A DNA stretch of 64,000 bases from Aplysia californica (taxonomy: Eukaryota), in NCBI RefSeq assembly GCF_000002075.1, contig NW_004798023.1:158488-222487 (forward strand), read 5' to 3'. Position numbers and translations under genes: made by a program. Numbering within the stretch: the stretch's first letter is position 1; each line of letters opens with the position of its first letter. Positions 26,798 to 40,500 of this stretch are shown here, piece after piece. The notes under the pieces were generated by a model. It searched no databases. It was given only the letters and a program-made list of their open reading frames with translations, and was not told the origin of the DNA.

Positions 26798-29082
26798 GAA
26801 TGGGTGGCTGGTATGCTCTTTGGTATTTTGTCTGCTCCGACTACTTCTTTTCAGTGTTTCTATTTTCTTGGTTGATTGTTTTCATGTTGCAATACAGTAG
26901 TTTAACACACACACACATGCGTCCCTCCCCGCCTCGTAAATCATAACTCCACCTTGCTCTGTTGTAGAGACTTGTAAAAAGTCACACACATCTCCACATC
27001 CACTGATCTCTGTCTGTGTAGGCCTCTTTCCTCTCCGTTTGCTTACCGCGGCAGAGGTCTTGTTGTTGTGGTTAGTGTCGGAAACTGGTGAGTTGTTTCT
27101 GGGTTTTCTGGTGCTGTTTCGTGGACTGACTCCTTTTTCCCGGGGAGGGGGGCGTTATTTAACAGTTGACGTGCTGACTGGAGGAAGAATCGAGCTCTAC
27201 ACTTGTAGTACAGAATTAACCTGGTTTTTGTTTGGGGTTTTTTTTTTTTTTTGAGGTGAAAGGTGTAGGGAGAGAAGATTTGGTTGAGAACGGATGACGT
27301 ATGTGAATTTGAATCGCCAGAAGAATTATTTTTGTAAAATGTTTTTACAGATATTTATGGTTTCTGAGATTAATGTACTGTTATTTAGAATGATATTTGT
27401 TTGGTATTACTTATTTAGAGAGTTTAGGAGGGAAAGCATTTAGAACTAGGTCTGAGAGTTGAAGTGCTCTGAGTGAATAAATAATTACCTTGTAATATTT
27501 TTCACTTATTTAAAAATTAAAAAAAAAATAATTGTGCTTTTTTGCCTCAATCGCATGTGAAAATTTTCAGATTGATGATGGGAGATTAGAACATAGAGGA
27601 TCAGAATATGTTTCTGCTCAGATCTTCGTCTTATAAAATTTTGGGTGTGCTATTTGTATTGTGAAGAAGATCAGCTAGTTGTAGGTGTTGTAGAGATAGG
27701 GAAGTTTCCCTCAGGAATTGGTTTGATCTTTTCCTCCTGTGTCATATTTCATATGTTCACTGGTAGGTTGGGATGAAGGTGTGGTTGTGTATTTAACATA
27801 TATTTGAGACCTCCTGAGGGTTTTGTCTACTTATGTATTATTATTCGGTAGATTTATCAAATGATGCAAGCGAAGAGTGTCTGCGCTTTCTCGTAGCTCG
27901 CAGAAAAAATTTATAGGTTTATTAAAATGGAGTTGTCCCCGCTGAATCACGCCCGACCCCAACATAGCAGTTGATAATGGAAAATATTTCAGATGTTCAG
28001 GATGTATGTTTTCCTAAATGAGGGCTTTTTGATAATGCAGAGAAATCCGCTTAATCTGAACACGGCGGTAAATCGAATGAAAATAAAAGTCTGGATTTGT
28101 TTGTCTTCTATTCAAACAACGGAAGAAAATCTGGCGTTGTGGCAGATTTTGGTTTAAGTGGACTCTACTGTATCGCAACACATTAGTCCATAAATATGAT
28201 TAATGATGTGCTATTTGTTGAGGACACTCTTACTACAAGCAGGTTGTTTGTGTATTGGTATGGCTTTTATGATTCATATAAAGGCATTATAGTGGGGGAA
28301 AAAATATATATTCCAACAGAGACTGAATCAAAATCTAGACTAGTCAGTCTTGGGGAAAAGTATAATGTTTATTATTAATATTAATGATATTGTTTCGCAT
28401 TTTTTCTCGCATAAACATTAAAATATTTGCAACAGAGACATTTTCTGGTTTTAGTTTTATTCTGGTTTCCTAATTTATTAACAGTAATGACACAGAGTAT
28501 TTGGTCTTTTCACATCTTTGGGAAATTATGTTTTTGTCACATGATAGCATGTGAGCACTGAAATCTACCTTACTTTGTGTGTAGTAATTTTCGCCAACAA
28601 TCTAGTTGAAATGGCACCACCCCCCCCCCACTTCTTATAACATTAGTGGTCTTTGATTATATAGCAAATTTTGTAATTTATGTCAAGCAAGTTGGTATTG
28701 ACATTGTGAACATGTATTGCGTGTTGATGAACAATTGCATATCATCATAAACATTTTTTGAAATACAAACCAAGACGTCTGGCCTTTGTCACTCCCCACT
28801 CAGTTTACGCACAAGACTTGTTCTTTATTTTTTTCTCTGTTAGATCGGGTTCTGGCCATCAACTATTATGCATAATAGTAGAACCCTGTTAAATTTCAAA
28901 AAGTCAAAAAAGCACCTTCTTCTCTTTGCTTTTGCTTCCAGACTGATGTAGTTTTCATTTCTCCTCTGGGTTCTTTTGTTTCTTTATTTTTGTTTGTTCA
29001 GAGGGGGGAAAAAATTGTTCCCACTAGTGTGAATAGATGCTCCGGTCATGATTTATGAATGTATATAATTTATTAAAACGAC

Positions 29083-29088
29083 AATAAA
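29083..29088 (+). terminator. Candidate GPS1 polyadenylation signal
   Basis: AATAAA preceded by ATTAAA and followed by a GU/U-rich tract; another AATAAA at 27476. Confidence 0.35.
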
Positions 29089-29432
29089 GACAACTAAAAT
29101 ATGTTATTGGTGTTCTGATAATTTATTTTTTTTGCGGAATGCTTTTTACTTGTTAGCCTTTGCCAAACTTTTTTTTTTTTATAGCTGCTATAATGACGTT
29201 TTGGCGTTGATGATTCTGAACTCTGCCAGCGCCAGCTTGAGTAACTCTGTGGGTCCGAATTTTTATAATCCTTTAATCCAGAGTCATAGAGTTAAGTGTA
29301 TTTTTACCTTGTTTGCTATCCTGCTAGTGTTGTTGGATCCAGTGCCCTGCTTTCAATATGGTCTGTTTTGTGTCCAGTAAGATTTACACTTTTTTACCAG
29401 AAAAAAAGACAGGTGAAAAGGGATAGCCTACT

Positions 29433-29613
29433 TTTCAGTTTAGTTTTAGTAGAGGTTTTACGGTGCTCGCAACTGCATAAGGTCATATGAGCGCCAGAAG
29501 ATTAGAGGTGTTACAAGAGAGTAACAAACATAAAAAAGAAGAAGGGGAGATAAAGATGATAGATGTTTGACAGGAAAGAAGGAGCAAACCACACCAGAGC
29601 ACCCGCCTACCAC
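29433..29613 (-). mobile_element. Family A retroposon (intergenic)
   Basis: Same consensus. Confidence 0.88.
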
Positions 29614-29830
29614 TTTTCAGTTTATTGAAAGTAAAAAATTTATAGCTGTTAACGGGTTGTGTATGTTTTGGTTTACTTTCCTTAATGAGTTCTATGCAGT
29701 GGTACTGTTTAGAGAATTATTCTTGGTTTCTTTTAATTAAGTTCTTTTGCATTCTTCGCCATGGACCTGATTCTGATGGAACTGTAAAATGCATGGTCTG
29801 TGAGAAAGCAGGTAGTCTCGTGGACAGAAA

Positions 29831-30776
29831 CATTTGTGAGTGAGGCAGCATGGTGAAATCAGGCGCTCGTCAAAACAATGAAAGTAAAGAACTGTCATTT
29901 TTCGGCTGGTTTGGCTATTTTTTATCGAAATTTGGCCTTTTCGATCAACAACTTACATGTCCATTTAAGAACCCATTTCTGTGTTGATTTTACTGAAAAA
30001 TGGTTAAAGTTAAAGGCACAAAAAATGTAAATTAATTGCCAGTTCCATGGACTCTCAGACTATGAAAATAACCAAACTTTGGCAGCTATTTTCTTGCTTA
30101 TTTTGCCTCTAAAACCAGGCAACCCTCCCCTCCTTCAATCACAAATATCTCGACTTGTAATTCAATATAAATGGATATTTCTTTCATCAAAAGCAAGAGA
30201 AATGAACAAGCTTTAAGGCAATACCAATAACTCTACACTCCACATGCCCAAAAATTGACGAGTGCCTGATCACATTTTCTCAGTGCTAAACGCACATGGT
30301 TGTGGACGTGCTGCTTTTCAAATCTAAATGTGAGGCCGCGTGGTGGAATCAGGCTGTCGTCAAAATAATCAAAGTGAAGAAACTTGCATTTTTCCGCAGG
30401 TTTGTGAATTTTTTTCCAATTTTTGTTTTTTGTCTCAACACCTTTCATGCCCTTTAAAGAACTCGTTTCTGTGCGGATTTTTCTGAAAAACGATTAAAAT
30501 TAAAGGCACAAATAAAGTAAATTTTCAGTTACCACGGACTCTTAGGCTAAGGAAATAACTCATCTTTGGTGGCCATTTTCTCACTAATTTTATCTCTGAA
30601 AACAAGTGACCCCCACCTCCTTCTTTTGCAAATATCTCGACTTCTATGTATTCAAAATAAATGGATATCTTTTTCATCCAAATAAAGACAAGTGAACAAG
30701 CTTTAAGATGATACCAATAACTCTACATGCCCAAAAATTGACGAGAGCCTGATTCCACCACGCTGCCTCACAAATG
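29831..30776. mobile_element. Two tandem family B MITE copies (29831-30275, 30328-30776)
   Basis: TIR CATTTGTGAG...GAATCAGGC.CTCGTCAA; direct similarity of the two halves. Confidence 0.8.
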
Positions 30777-31777
30777 CTACATCAAATCCAACTCTGTTCT
30801 GTGGCATCAGTAGTTAGTAGCTTAGTGGGCTACCAGGCCAGTAATCATGAGAGAATGCGGGTTCAGAGCTTCAAGCCTCGGCTCAACTCGATCCAACGCT
30901 ACATCCTTGGGAAAGGCACTTTGTATGAATTTTCCCATTTGCCTCGGTACTTTGGTAGATGGATGTTAAATTCGGAGGTGCTGCCCCTTAAATAATCTTA
31001 GTGTTGTTTTAAACAAGAATTATTTCTCATTTTTCAACCCTTTCCTCACGTCACTCAAAAGTGGCCTCTGTTTTGGGATACTAATGAAGTGGCACACTTT
31101 TACTCTTTACCACCCTGCCCGTGAACTCGCTGACTGCATGAATGCGCCTAGTCTAGACGACTGTGGATGCTCTTTAAAATTCAGTGTGGACTGTTTGAAC
31201 TACCTCTTGCAAAAATCATAATAGTATTAATAGTTAGTTATAATAGTTCAATTTGATGTTCATGAACGGATGATGACTTTTACTATCCAAGGAGGAAGAA
31301 ATAGTAGACTGTACGATAGCAAGAGAAAAAAAGGAAATATTAGCAAGCAAATTATAATGATCACAAATGTCACAACTTGCCAAACAGCGCCTTCCCCTTT
31401 CCTAAAGCGGAGCACTTGTCTACCTAAACATGGAGTTAATTAAACCTTATGCTTCGTTTGTGATCAACAAACCCTCTTCTTTTTGAGAATTTTCCACAGA
31501 CAGATCACTTGGGCCAGTGTCAATGTCAGGATTTGACAGTCTGATTTTCTTGATCCTCTGCTTTGGTTTTCTCAAAAACCTTTGCTGCCACATGTCACGG
31601 CTGTTTGCCACTGAGATTGGTCATCCATATCAAAGGAGCAATCTTTCAGAGGTCTTAAGAGTGTCTTTATATTGGGAGGAATCCATACCTTCTTAAAAAT
31701 GTTGCTAAATTATCTAAAAACGTAGTGTAAGCAAAATGTGGTAAATACATTACAACTACTCTTTCACAAAGCTTGGA

Positions 31778-31957
31778 GTGAGTGGTTGACGGGTGCTGTG
31801 GTGTGGTTTGCTCCTCCTTTCCTATGAAACAACTATCGTCTTTATCTCTCTTCCTTCTTTTTTGTGTTTATTACCCTCTTGTAACACCTCTAATCTTCGG
31901 CACTTATGATTTTATTGAGTTGCAAGGGCTGTAAAAAAAAGCTTACTAAAACTAAAA
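31778..31957 (+). mobile_element. Family A retroposon (intergenic)
   Basis: Same consensus. Confidence 0.85.
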
Positions 31958-33209
31958 CAAAGCTTCTTGGGTTTGCAACATTTCCTCAGTGTAAAGTGTC
32001 TCATATACACATGCAACACACCACATAACTTCTTTCATCACTTTTTAAAGATTATACAACACGCATTCCTGAGAATGATGTGTCGGTGGAACATCCTTCA
32101 TACAGTCACCAAAAGCAATGTAATGAGACTGCAAGTTACAAATTAATATCAATGATCTCAAATTCAGTAATTGAACACTTCCACATTATGCAAAAACACC
32201 ACAACTGAAGATTCCATTTGTTTAATTCAGGTAAATGATTGGAATGGTAGAAAAAAGAATAAACTAAAATGACAGCTTTAAGTTAAGTAGACAAATGAAA
32301 TGGAAGACCACCTTGTAGACTGTGGGGAAAAAAGGAAGACATGGAATCCAGGACTTGCAGGCACACAACATAATGGGTCATCTTGTGTAAAAAAGAAAAA
32401 CTTCATATAAAATTCATGAAGGAAGACTAGAACAATGCATTTAGCGAAATACCCAATTATTCAATGGGATTGATAGTAACCCTTTCTGCATATTTTTCAA
32501 CCAAAAAAGCGGATAGATCTATATCCCTATCATTATTGGTCTACCCCTTTTCCAAAGCACAAAAGTAGACCTACATTCCTTCCTACTAGCAGGCACACAA
32601 ACCCTGCCTGTGCACTTGGGGCAAGGCTTCTTCAAACAAAGTAAACCACATCAAGCTCTGCAAAGTAGACTTCCGATCTCATGTCAAGATCTCTAATGAT
32701 AGTGATAGTGGAAGCAAAAGACAATAGTATTGACCTACGGTCATATTCAGAACTAGAGGAGACGTGAGACGAGAGGGGGGGGGGGGGGGGGGGGGGGAGA
32801 AGGAAGGAGGTGACCTACGCCAAGAACTTTCTCATGAGAATCAGGAATAATAGAACATGCTTTGCTTTAGAGGTTGAAGAGAAAGTCGTAGAAAAGATGC
32901 ACTTAGACATCATGTATGTATACATTCTCTTTTGAGATGAAAGATTTGAAACAGTATGTTAAAGCAATTGACTAGTGATGTCTACATAGCTCACACCAAC
33001 TAAAGAGAGAGAGAGAGAGAAAAATCAATATAATTATGTGAACATTAACTCTTAGTATACGACAAGCCACTTCAGCCGGCGCACAGCATCGCTCAGTTGT
33101 TTAGTCATTACGAATAATCCATGAAACCCCAGCAATTCATCTTTCCTATAATAAAATTGTACAGTTGACTGCAACGATCATTCATTTTTCAGTTTGGTGT
33201 TTATTTTAA

Positions 33210-33482
33210 CTCTTTAACCCTTGAGTTTTTTCCACTGTTTCCCGGATTTTTTAAAGTCACCTAAACCTGGAGCACTATGTCTCATTATAACTCAAAAAGC
33301 TTGCCTCCAACTTCTAAATGGTGGAAACAAAGGCTTAGTCATTACTGAGAAAACTTGCTTCGGAAATAGTTCCGAAAAACAAGCAAAAACTAGCACTAAA
33401 TAAAACGAACCATTTGTCACTAGTACTGGGGAACAGGGTTATTACCGCTGGACGCCCCCACCGTCTGATGGGGTTTAAAGAG
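33210..33482. mobile_element. TTAA-flanked (piggyBac-type) MITE
   Basis: TTAA-CTCTTTAACCC ... GGGTTTAAAGAG-TTAA. Confidence 0.7.
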
Positions 33483-33767
33483 TTAAGAAAATACGTTAAA
33501 TAGGCGCGGGGTTACAGGGAAGTCTGGGTGACAAAATTGGCTGCGTTTAAAAGGGTGGAGTAGCCTTCTGTATACCAAGAGCTAAGACTGCGTATTTGGA
33601 CAGGCCTGCATAACATCCTGATTAGCACACTGAATAAACTTATGGGCAGCAAGGAAGACATGTTGGTACAGGGTTAGCGTCACAAACAATGGACTATAAC
33701 AAGTGATGAACCATCCTATAGTAGAAAGCCTTTTGGAATTTTTCAATGACAAAATAGTTGTACAGAA

Positions 33768-33773
33768 TTTATT
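33768..33773 (-). terminator. Candidate V-ATPase a polyadenylation signal
   Basis: AATAAA about 520 nt downstream of the stop codon. Confidence 0.3.
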
Positions 33774-34290
33774 AACACAGCATTTCTAAGGAAGCATTTC
33801 AAAAATTTGTGCATCACATATCTAAATCCAGTTACTACTGAAATAAATATAAATTTTTGGGGGAAAAAACAGTAACAAAAAAAAACATGGATAATGAAAT
33901 GAAAGTTTTAAGTAAAAATTAAAAACCCTATAAAACTAAAACTAGGTTTACTTTCAGTATTCAACTCAATTTATCATCATTCAAAACCATTCCTTCAAAA
34001 TATACATCCCTGTCACTGTCAGTATGACGCAGGCACTACGCTAAACATTTTTTCACAAAAGAAATAATAAAAATAAAAATAAACTTCACATGGAAGTGTT
34101 TCTTAAAGCCATATTTGATTTTAAAAAATAGAAAGAAAAAAACACAACCCCCCAACCAAAACACCAAATAAACCAGTCAAGATAAACATGGTACACTTGC
34201 CAGGAATGGATGAAGTCTTCGGCTGCTACTATAACCTTTGGTTAAATACATTTAAACAGATTTTTTTTAAAAATGGGGAACAACATCCCC

Positions 34291-34571
34291 TTAGGCAGAA
34301 GCCTCTTCCAGCGACTCCATGGTGAGGATGCTGTGGAAGGTGAAAGGCTGGAAGTGGTAGCCATCTCCGTCGTAGAACTTGGACTGGAACTCCACCCAGT
34401 GCAGACGCAGGGTATGCAGGAAAGCACTCAGCCCTTCCATCAGCAGCAGGATGGCCACAGTCAGGTTGGCCCAGACGAAGAAGATGACGAAGAGAACGAC
34501 CCCACCAACGTAATCTCCGCCGATGGAGAAACCCATGTGCAGCACCATGCTCCACAGGACCTCCGACAGTT
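34291..34571 (-). CDS. ATP6V0A1: V-ATPase a last coding exon (ELSEVLW...[18 protein letters not shown]...EASA*)
   Basis: ctctccag acceptor, TAA at 34293-34291. Confidence 0.96.
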
Positions 34572-37500
34572 CTGGAGAGAGGAAAAAACAAACACAAAAA
34601 AATGAATTCTTGTTATTATTGAATTGTATCTACTGTTGTTTGTTTTAGTAAGAGTTTTATGTAACTTGCAACACAATAAGGTCATATAATTGCCGAAGAT
34701 TAGAGGTGTTACAAGAGAGGAACAAAAACAAAAAAAGGAGGAGTGATAAGGACGATAGATTTTTGACAGGAAAGAAGGAGCAAACTGCACCAGAGCATCC
34801 GCAAATCACCTACATCTGATGTTGTCGCTGCTGCCACTACTGATGATTCCATTGTAGTAGATGATAAAAGGATATAATAGAAGGGGAGCGGTGACACGGG
34901 ACCATATAATGACAGATAGATTATATAGATAAAGATGTTCAAGCAGAGAGACAGACAAAATAACATTTTTATGCTATTGGTAAAAATGGGATGCAAACTT
35001 GTACTCACATTGAAACATTCTTTTTAAATCAAGAAAAAGGTTGAAGGAACTACCCTTCTAAACCAAACTGACAATGTTAAATATCTGTAAATCAACTCTC
35101 AGGAGAATTCCTATGGTGACATGGCTTCATGTGACAGAAAACAACATGAGAAGTTAATTTTACATGTGCAAAACGTGCAAGTTAACCAAAAAAAACAAAC
35201 AAAAACGAACATATCTTTGAGGCATAAATTTAATTAAATTAGTCTTCAAATAGCTTCCTAGACTGACTTGCATTAGGAAAAACATTTCAGAAGATTCTTT
35301 TCTCACCAAGAAACCAGACAAAAACCCTCTGGGGGGAAAAAACAACCAGGTAGCTTACCAGCGTGAGCAAGAGACAGGGCCCACAATCTCAGGTAGGAGG
35401 CTGTGTGAGATATACATCCCAGACAGAATTCAATGGTCTCAATGGCACCTTCGATGACTATTTCACCAGTGTCCTCCTGAAGAATGGACAACATGAGCAT
35501 TTCATAATTTCATACAGCAGCATAAAATGATGTCTTAAATCATATACACAGTGCTCTCACACAACGAGGTATACAAAAAAAAATAATACTTTAATCCCCC
35601 CCCCCAAAAAAAAATTTAAAAAATCAGAAACACAATTAACCCCCCCCCCCCCAAAAGAGAAAACAAAAGACCACAACAACGTAAGTAGTTTAACTTATCC
35701 TGCTAGGAATAATACCAAAAAAAAAAAAAAGTAAGACAGGCCGTATACACCTCCAAATATATCTTTCTTAAAATTAGAATACGCAAGAAGGAAGTTAAGT
35801 GCTGTTAGGTAAGTCTCGAAACTTAACTTTTAAGAAGCAACAACTTACTTCCTGGGATATTGACAAACTGGCAATTTACAAAAAAAAATTTTTTTTTGGA
35901 AAACCTTAAAATTTTGAGTCATGCTTTACAGAAAATACCCTCAGTGTGTGAGTCTCATATTATGTACATCATAAAATGGTCCTGAAATATAAAGGCAGTA
36001 CTGCCGTAAGCTGACAAAATGCCTTTTTAAAAATTCACGGCAGTTTCAAGAAAAAGAGGCTTTTTGTCAGCGTAACTATTCAAAAATAGCATTCTTCCAA
36101 AATTTTGAATTCAAATTTATTCAAAAACTAGTCAGTTTCATTTTGATTCTTTTCACACAAGCAGGGTAACTGATCAAATCGACGATTTAGTAAATAAAAA
36201 ATGTTGGCCCCAAAATGAAAAAAAAAGGCGTTTTGTCAGATTCCGGCAGAGTAGTCCCACACAATGAAGTATACATAAAAAAGGAATGAGTAGACAAAGT
36301 AAAAAAACTGTGTGTAACTTACGTGACCGCCATGGTCCGCATGCGGTTCAGACATTCCCAGGTTTTCCTCCTCATCCGAGTTCAGAGATCCAATGTTGGC
36401 GGGAGGATCCTTAGGAAAAACAAAAAGAAAACGCTACCATGAACTTTCTGAAATCAATACAGTATGATGAAGAAGAAAATCAGAGAGAAGAACCAAGAAC
36501 ACGTTAATGAATGACAGTAAAGGGGTGGGATGGGGGGGGGAGAGATGAGGAGGTCAGGGTTTTTCTGAAACTACAGGAGATTCTATATCCCTCTGAAAGA
36601 AGACCAGAGGAATACAGCATGGTATCAATTGGAGGCTGCTTTCCAGTTGAAAACATGCATTTTTAAGTGAAAAGGAAAACTAAATTAACAGCAGAAACTA
36701 CACTGAAATGAGAAATGAAGGTGAGATAAACAAGAAAATGAAAAGATAAACAAGAAAATGAAAGTGGAGGATCAAAGCTAAATGCGTATGACACGAAACT
36801 AAACGAAATACTGAAGTTAAAAGAAAAGGGTGCTTGGGAATGGACATTCACTATATATGATAAGAAAGAAAGAAAACATCTTCCAGTGGAAGAAAAAAAC
36901 CCCCAAAAAAACGACAAAACAACCATACCAGGAATCCTGTAATGCTTCAAAGGAGAAAAATAATTACATACAGAGGTACAATAAAACAATAATACCACCT
37001 GACATGTAGAGCATCTGTCCAGGAAAAGAAAAAATTGTCACATTATATTGCTCATGATGCAATATCTGTTGATATTTTAGGTACACAACAAAGGGTACTA
37101 CTATATGCTTACAGTTATGCAATACAGGCATGACGAAAAGTTACTTTAAATAAAGAGCATTATATCTGCTGGTGTTAAAATTTTGTTAAATGACAGCAAC
37201 ACAACATACAGATTTAGTCTCACACACACACACAACAATGATAAGCACAGAGACAGTCCGACACACGTTGTTAATAAAGAACGTACCAATGGTCTCCCAT
37301 TGCCCACACTGTCAGGTTGGTACGCTGGGTTCACTTGCTGTAAAGAAGTACAAGCCATGCGTGAAGCAAAATAAAATATCAAAACGAAATGAAAGCTCCC
37401 TGCTTCGGTGGAAGTCTTTGTGGCACTAAAGAGCCCATCACGTTACTTTTTTTTCTTCACAAAACCGAAGATATAAACCCTCAAGTAGGTTAGATTAGTG

Positions 37501-40500
37501 TGTTGAAAGAACTGAAAATCAGCTGAAAGAAGCCTGCCAAGCAGGTCATCCTATCTCCCTGATGGGTACTGGAAAAGAGAAAGAGTCCACAGTTTAAAAC
37601 TCTTCTGAGTCACTAGGAAATCCTGCCCGTCTCAGCTGGACATACGAGCAAAGACAAACCAATGTCAATAACTTACACAAGCATTGTTCAAGAATTATAT
37701 TTCAGTACATGACACCTCCGTACCTTTGCCAATTTTTCTGTCTTTGTTTCCAGTGTTCCCACTGACTATGCTTATTATTTGATAGAGAGAAAGAGACCGC
37801 TCGTAATATTCATCTAACCAGAATCATTCTCACTGATCACAAGACAAAACCTGTAAAAGTGAAATGAGCAAAACTATATATGGAATCAATATGGCCAATC
37901 AAAGTTCAAAGGAAATTAGTAAATTGTTTTTTCATTAAACTGTAAGTAGGGCCCCATGTTCATCATGAAAAATGAAGCAAAACAATTTACAAAAGGTAAT
38001 ATTACTGAACATACATACGATTTGACCAACTGAAGAAAACCTGAATTGAAGTTAGTTTTTTTCCCCTAAATCTTTCATCACTCTCTAATTACATAGTCTG
38101 TTGGCTTATCTTATTCTTATGAGCTCCAACATCCAGAAAGAATGCTTTATAACAGGTTAATAATTGATTTGGTTAAAATTTGATTAAAGAACATTTGTAA
38201 GATAGCACAAATCCAACAGTAACTTTAAAGTCTTTCATAGATTAATTTGAAAAACGAAGTTCAAATATAAAATTGTCAAAATTTCAAGACTCGCTGAGAA
38301 AAAATTTGCTCCTAACCGAAAGTGCTGGGGGATTTACTTGAACAGAGAAGATTGCATACAAAAATCTTTCAGTGAGCTCCAGTTATAACCACAGATTGTT
38401 TAACATACTGAAGTATAAAAGACAACTCGCGTTGGGAACCTTATTTCCCCTAACTTTTGAATTCTGCAATCATAAAATATTTTACAATGCCTCAAGACTC
38501 GGCATGCAAACAACATAAATAACCCTCCTCAGCTTATGTAAAAATAAAATAACACTGAGGGTAACACAAAAATATCTACAAGTCTAAAGTCTGTTGACAA
38601 CTGAAGAAATCAAGCTATCCTACTGTCACGGATGCAGCCCTGTCACTTCATTTACATTTTCCATCAATCCCACAAATTAGGTTTTGATATGCTTGGTCAC
38701 ATGCATACTTTAAGTAACAGCAACTGAATCGGTGCTATGCTGCAGAAATACAATGCAGTATTCTGACACAAAACAGACTCGAAATACTGAACATTGCAGA
38801 GCCCACATAAGTAATATCCTCCACATGCCTTTACAGAATCAAATTATGACCCTACATATACAGTGCACACAAAAAGCAAATCGTAGAACTACTCTACCTA
38901 AAACTTGATCTAGGTTTACCATATCCACCAAACTTCTGAATTACATAAATCAGCCAAGGGGAAGCTAGATGAACAATTTTTTTTTTTTAAGTTTCAGATT
39001 GAAAATTGCACTAAAATTTCAGCAAAGTCAAATTTATTGTCATAAAGGACATATCAGCGTTTTTCCTACTCTGGGATCAATCACAGCAGCTTTTACATAT
39101 CTAAGGATGAAATGTCCAGTAGAAACAGTTCCCCCAACCACCAAGCTTCAATAACTGACCATAAACTTTGAATACGGTACATCATTATGCTCCTGCAGGC
39201 CTTTAAAGTAACCACACACCAATTTACAGACTGAGACAGCATGGCCCCTATCAAGATGACGCAGCCCACAGACCACCCTAATTTTGCTTTGGGGCACTTT
39301 TAAAAGAACTCTATCTGTAGAAAGGTTACATAAAGAGTGTGGGTTTAATGCCCCTATCAACGCTATTAGGTTATCCAAGAGGCAGGAACCTCTAGATTTA
39401 ACTTCTGTCCCTGACAGGCCCAAGCCAAATGGGTTGAGAGCCTTCAAGAAGACCCAATCTTGTATTCCAACAAGGCCATCTACTCTCTAGTTCAGCATAA
39501 TACCAACTGAGCTAAAGGAGCATCCAAGCTCACATAAGAAAGATCCAAGATTTTGTTGGAATTTGAAAGCCTTGCATATTTTTCACTGTCCATTCCAAAA
39601 GGACTGGAATAGATTGACTGAAAAAGATAATTTCGCAACAACAGCTATTTGCCATTTTGACATACAACGGTCAGAGTGAGCATGTCATCTGTCAAAGCAA
39701 TTGTGAACACCTATAACCTGTTCTTTTATGAGAACGGATCCACTGAAAAACTCATTCTTCATTCTCAAAAACATGGAATTATACAAAAAAAGAAAGAGAA
39801 AAAACAAAAAATCATTCAAAATTTAACATCTCTGAATTTTTAAATCCAATTCTTAATATATTCCTAAGAGTTCACTGCCTTGTTTTTTCAATTTCTCATT
39901 CATGCAACCTGCTCCCCCTGTCAGATTTATTATATTGAATTAATGTTTGGTTGATGTGGTAATAGCAAATGAAGTCTTTGAATTTTAGTAAGCCATTTTT
40001 TTTTCTTTTCAGTTTCTTTTACTAAACCCTGAAATTCATCATATCAAAACTACAAACAGAACTGGACAGAAAGGCTGAAACATATTCTTGCGCCTCTACG
40101 TCTTTTACAGTGGAAACCATCGTGGAACCCCAGGTATTGTATTACTGACAAAAAAAATTTAAAAAATTCCACAAACTACCACAAGCAGTAGGCAGCTCAA
40201 CAATAACAAAATGGATCAGTCTTTAAAGAAACAAACAGCAAACCAGAGAATAAGCACTTTTTCAAAAGATAAACTATCAAAGACCACAAAATAATTCGGT
40301 ACTTGCACGAAAAAAAAGCCACATTGTCCAGGGTTACAAATGAGCCTTCCTGTCTCTTTGTCCTTTTTAAGTTATAAAGAAACCATGCTCCTTACACTAC
40401 AAATGCAAAACAAACCAACGTGGCTACATAAGTATATGAGGCACTTCTAACTCACCTAAGCACAATTACGTCTACGCAAACAGGGAAGAGGAGAAAAAAA

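Noticed and set aside
34229-34605. 110-aa + strand ORF and 122-aa alternative-frame ORF
   Set aside because: Shadows of the GC-rich last V-ATPase exon
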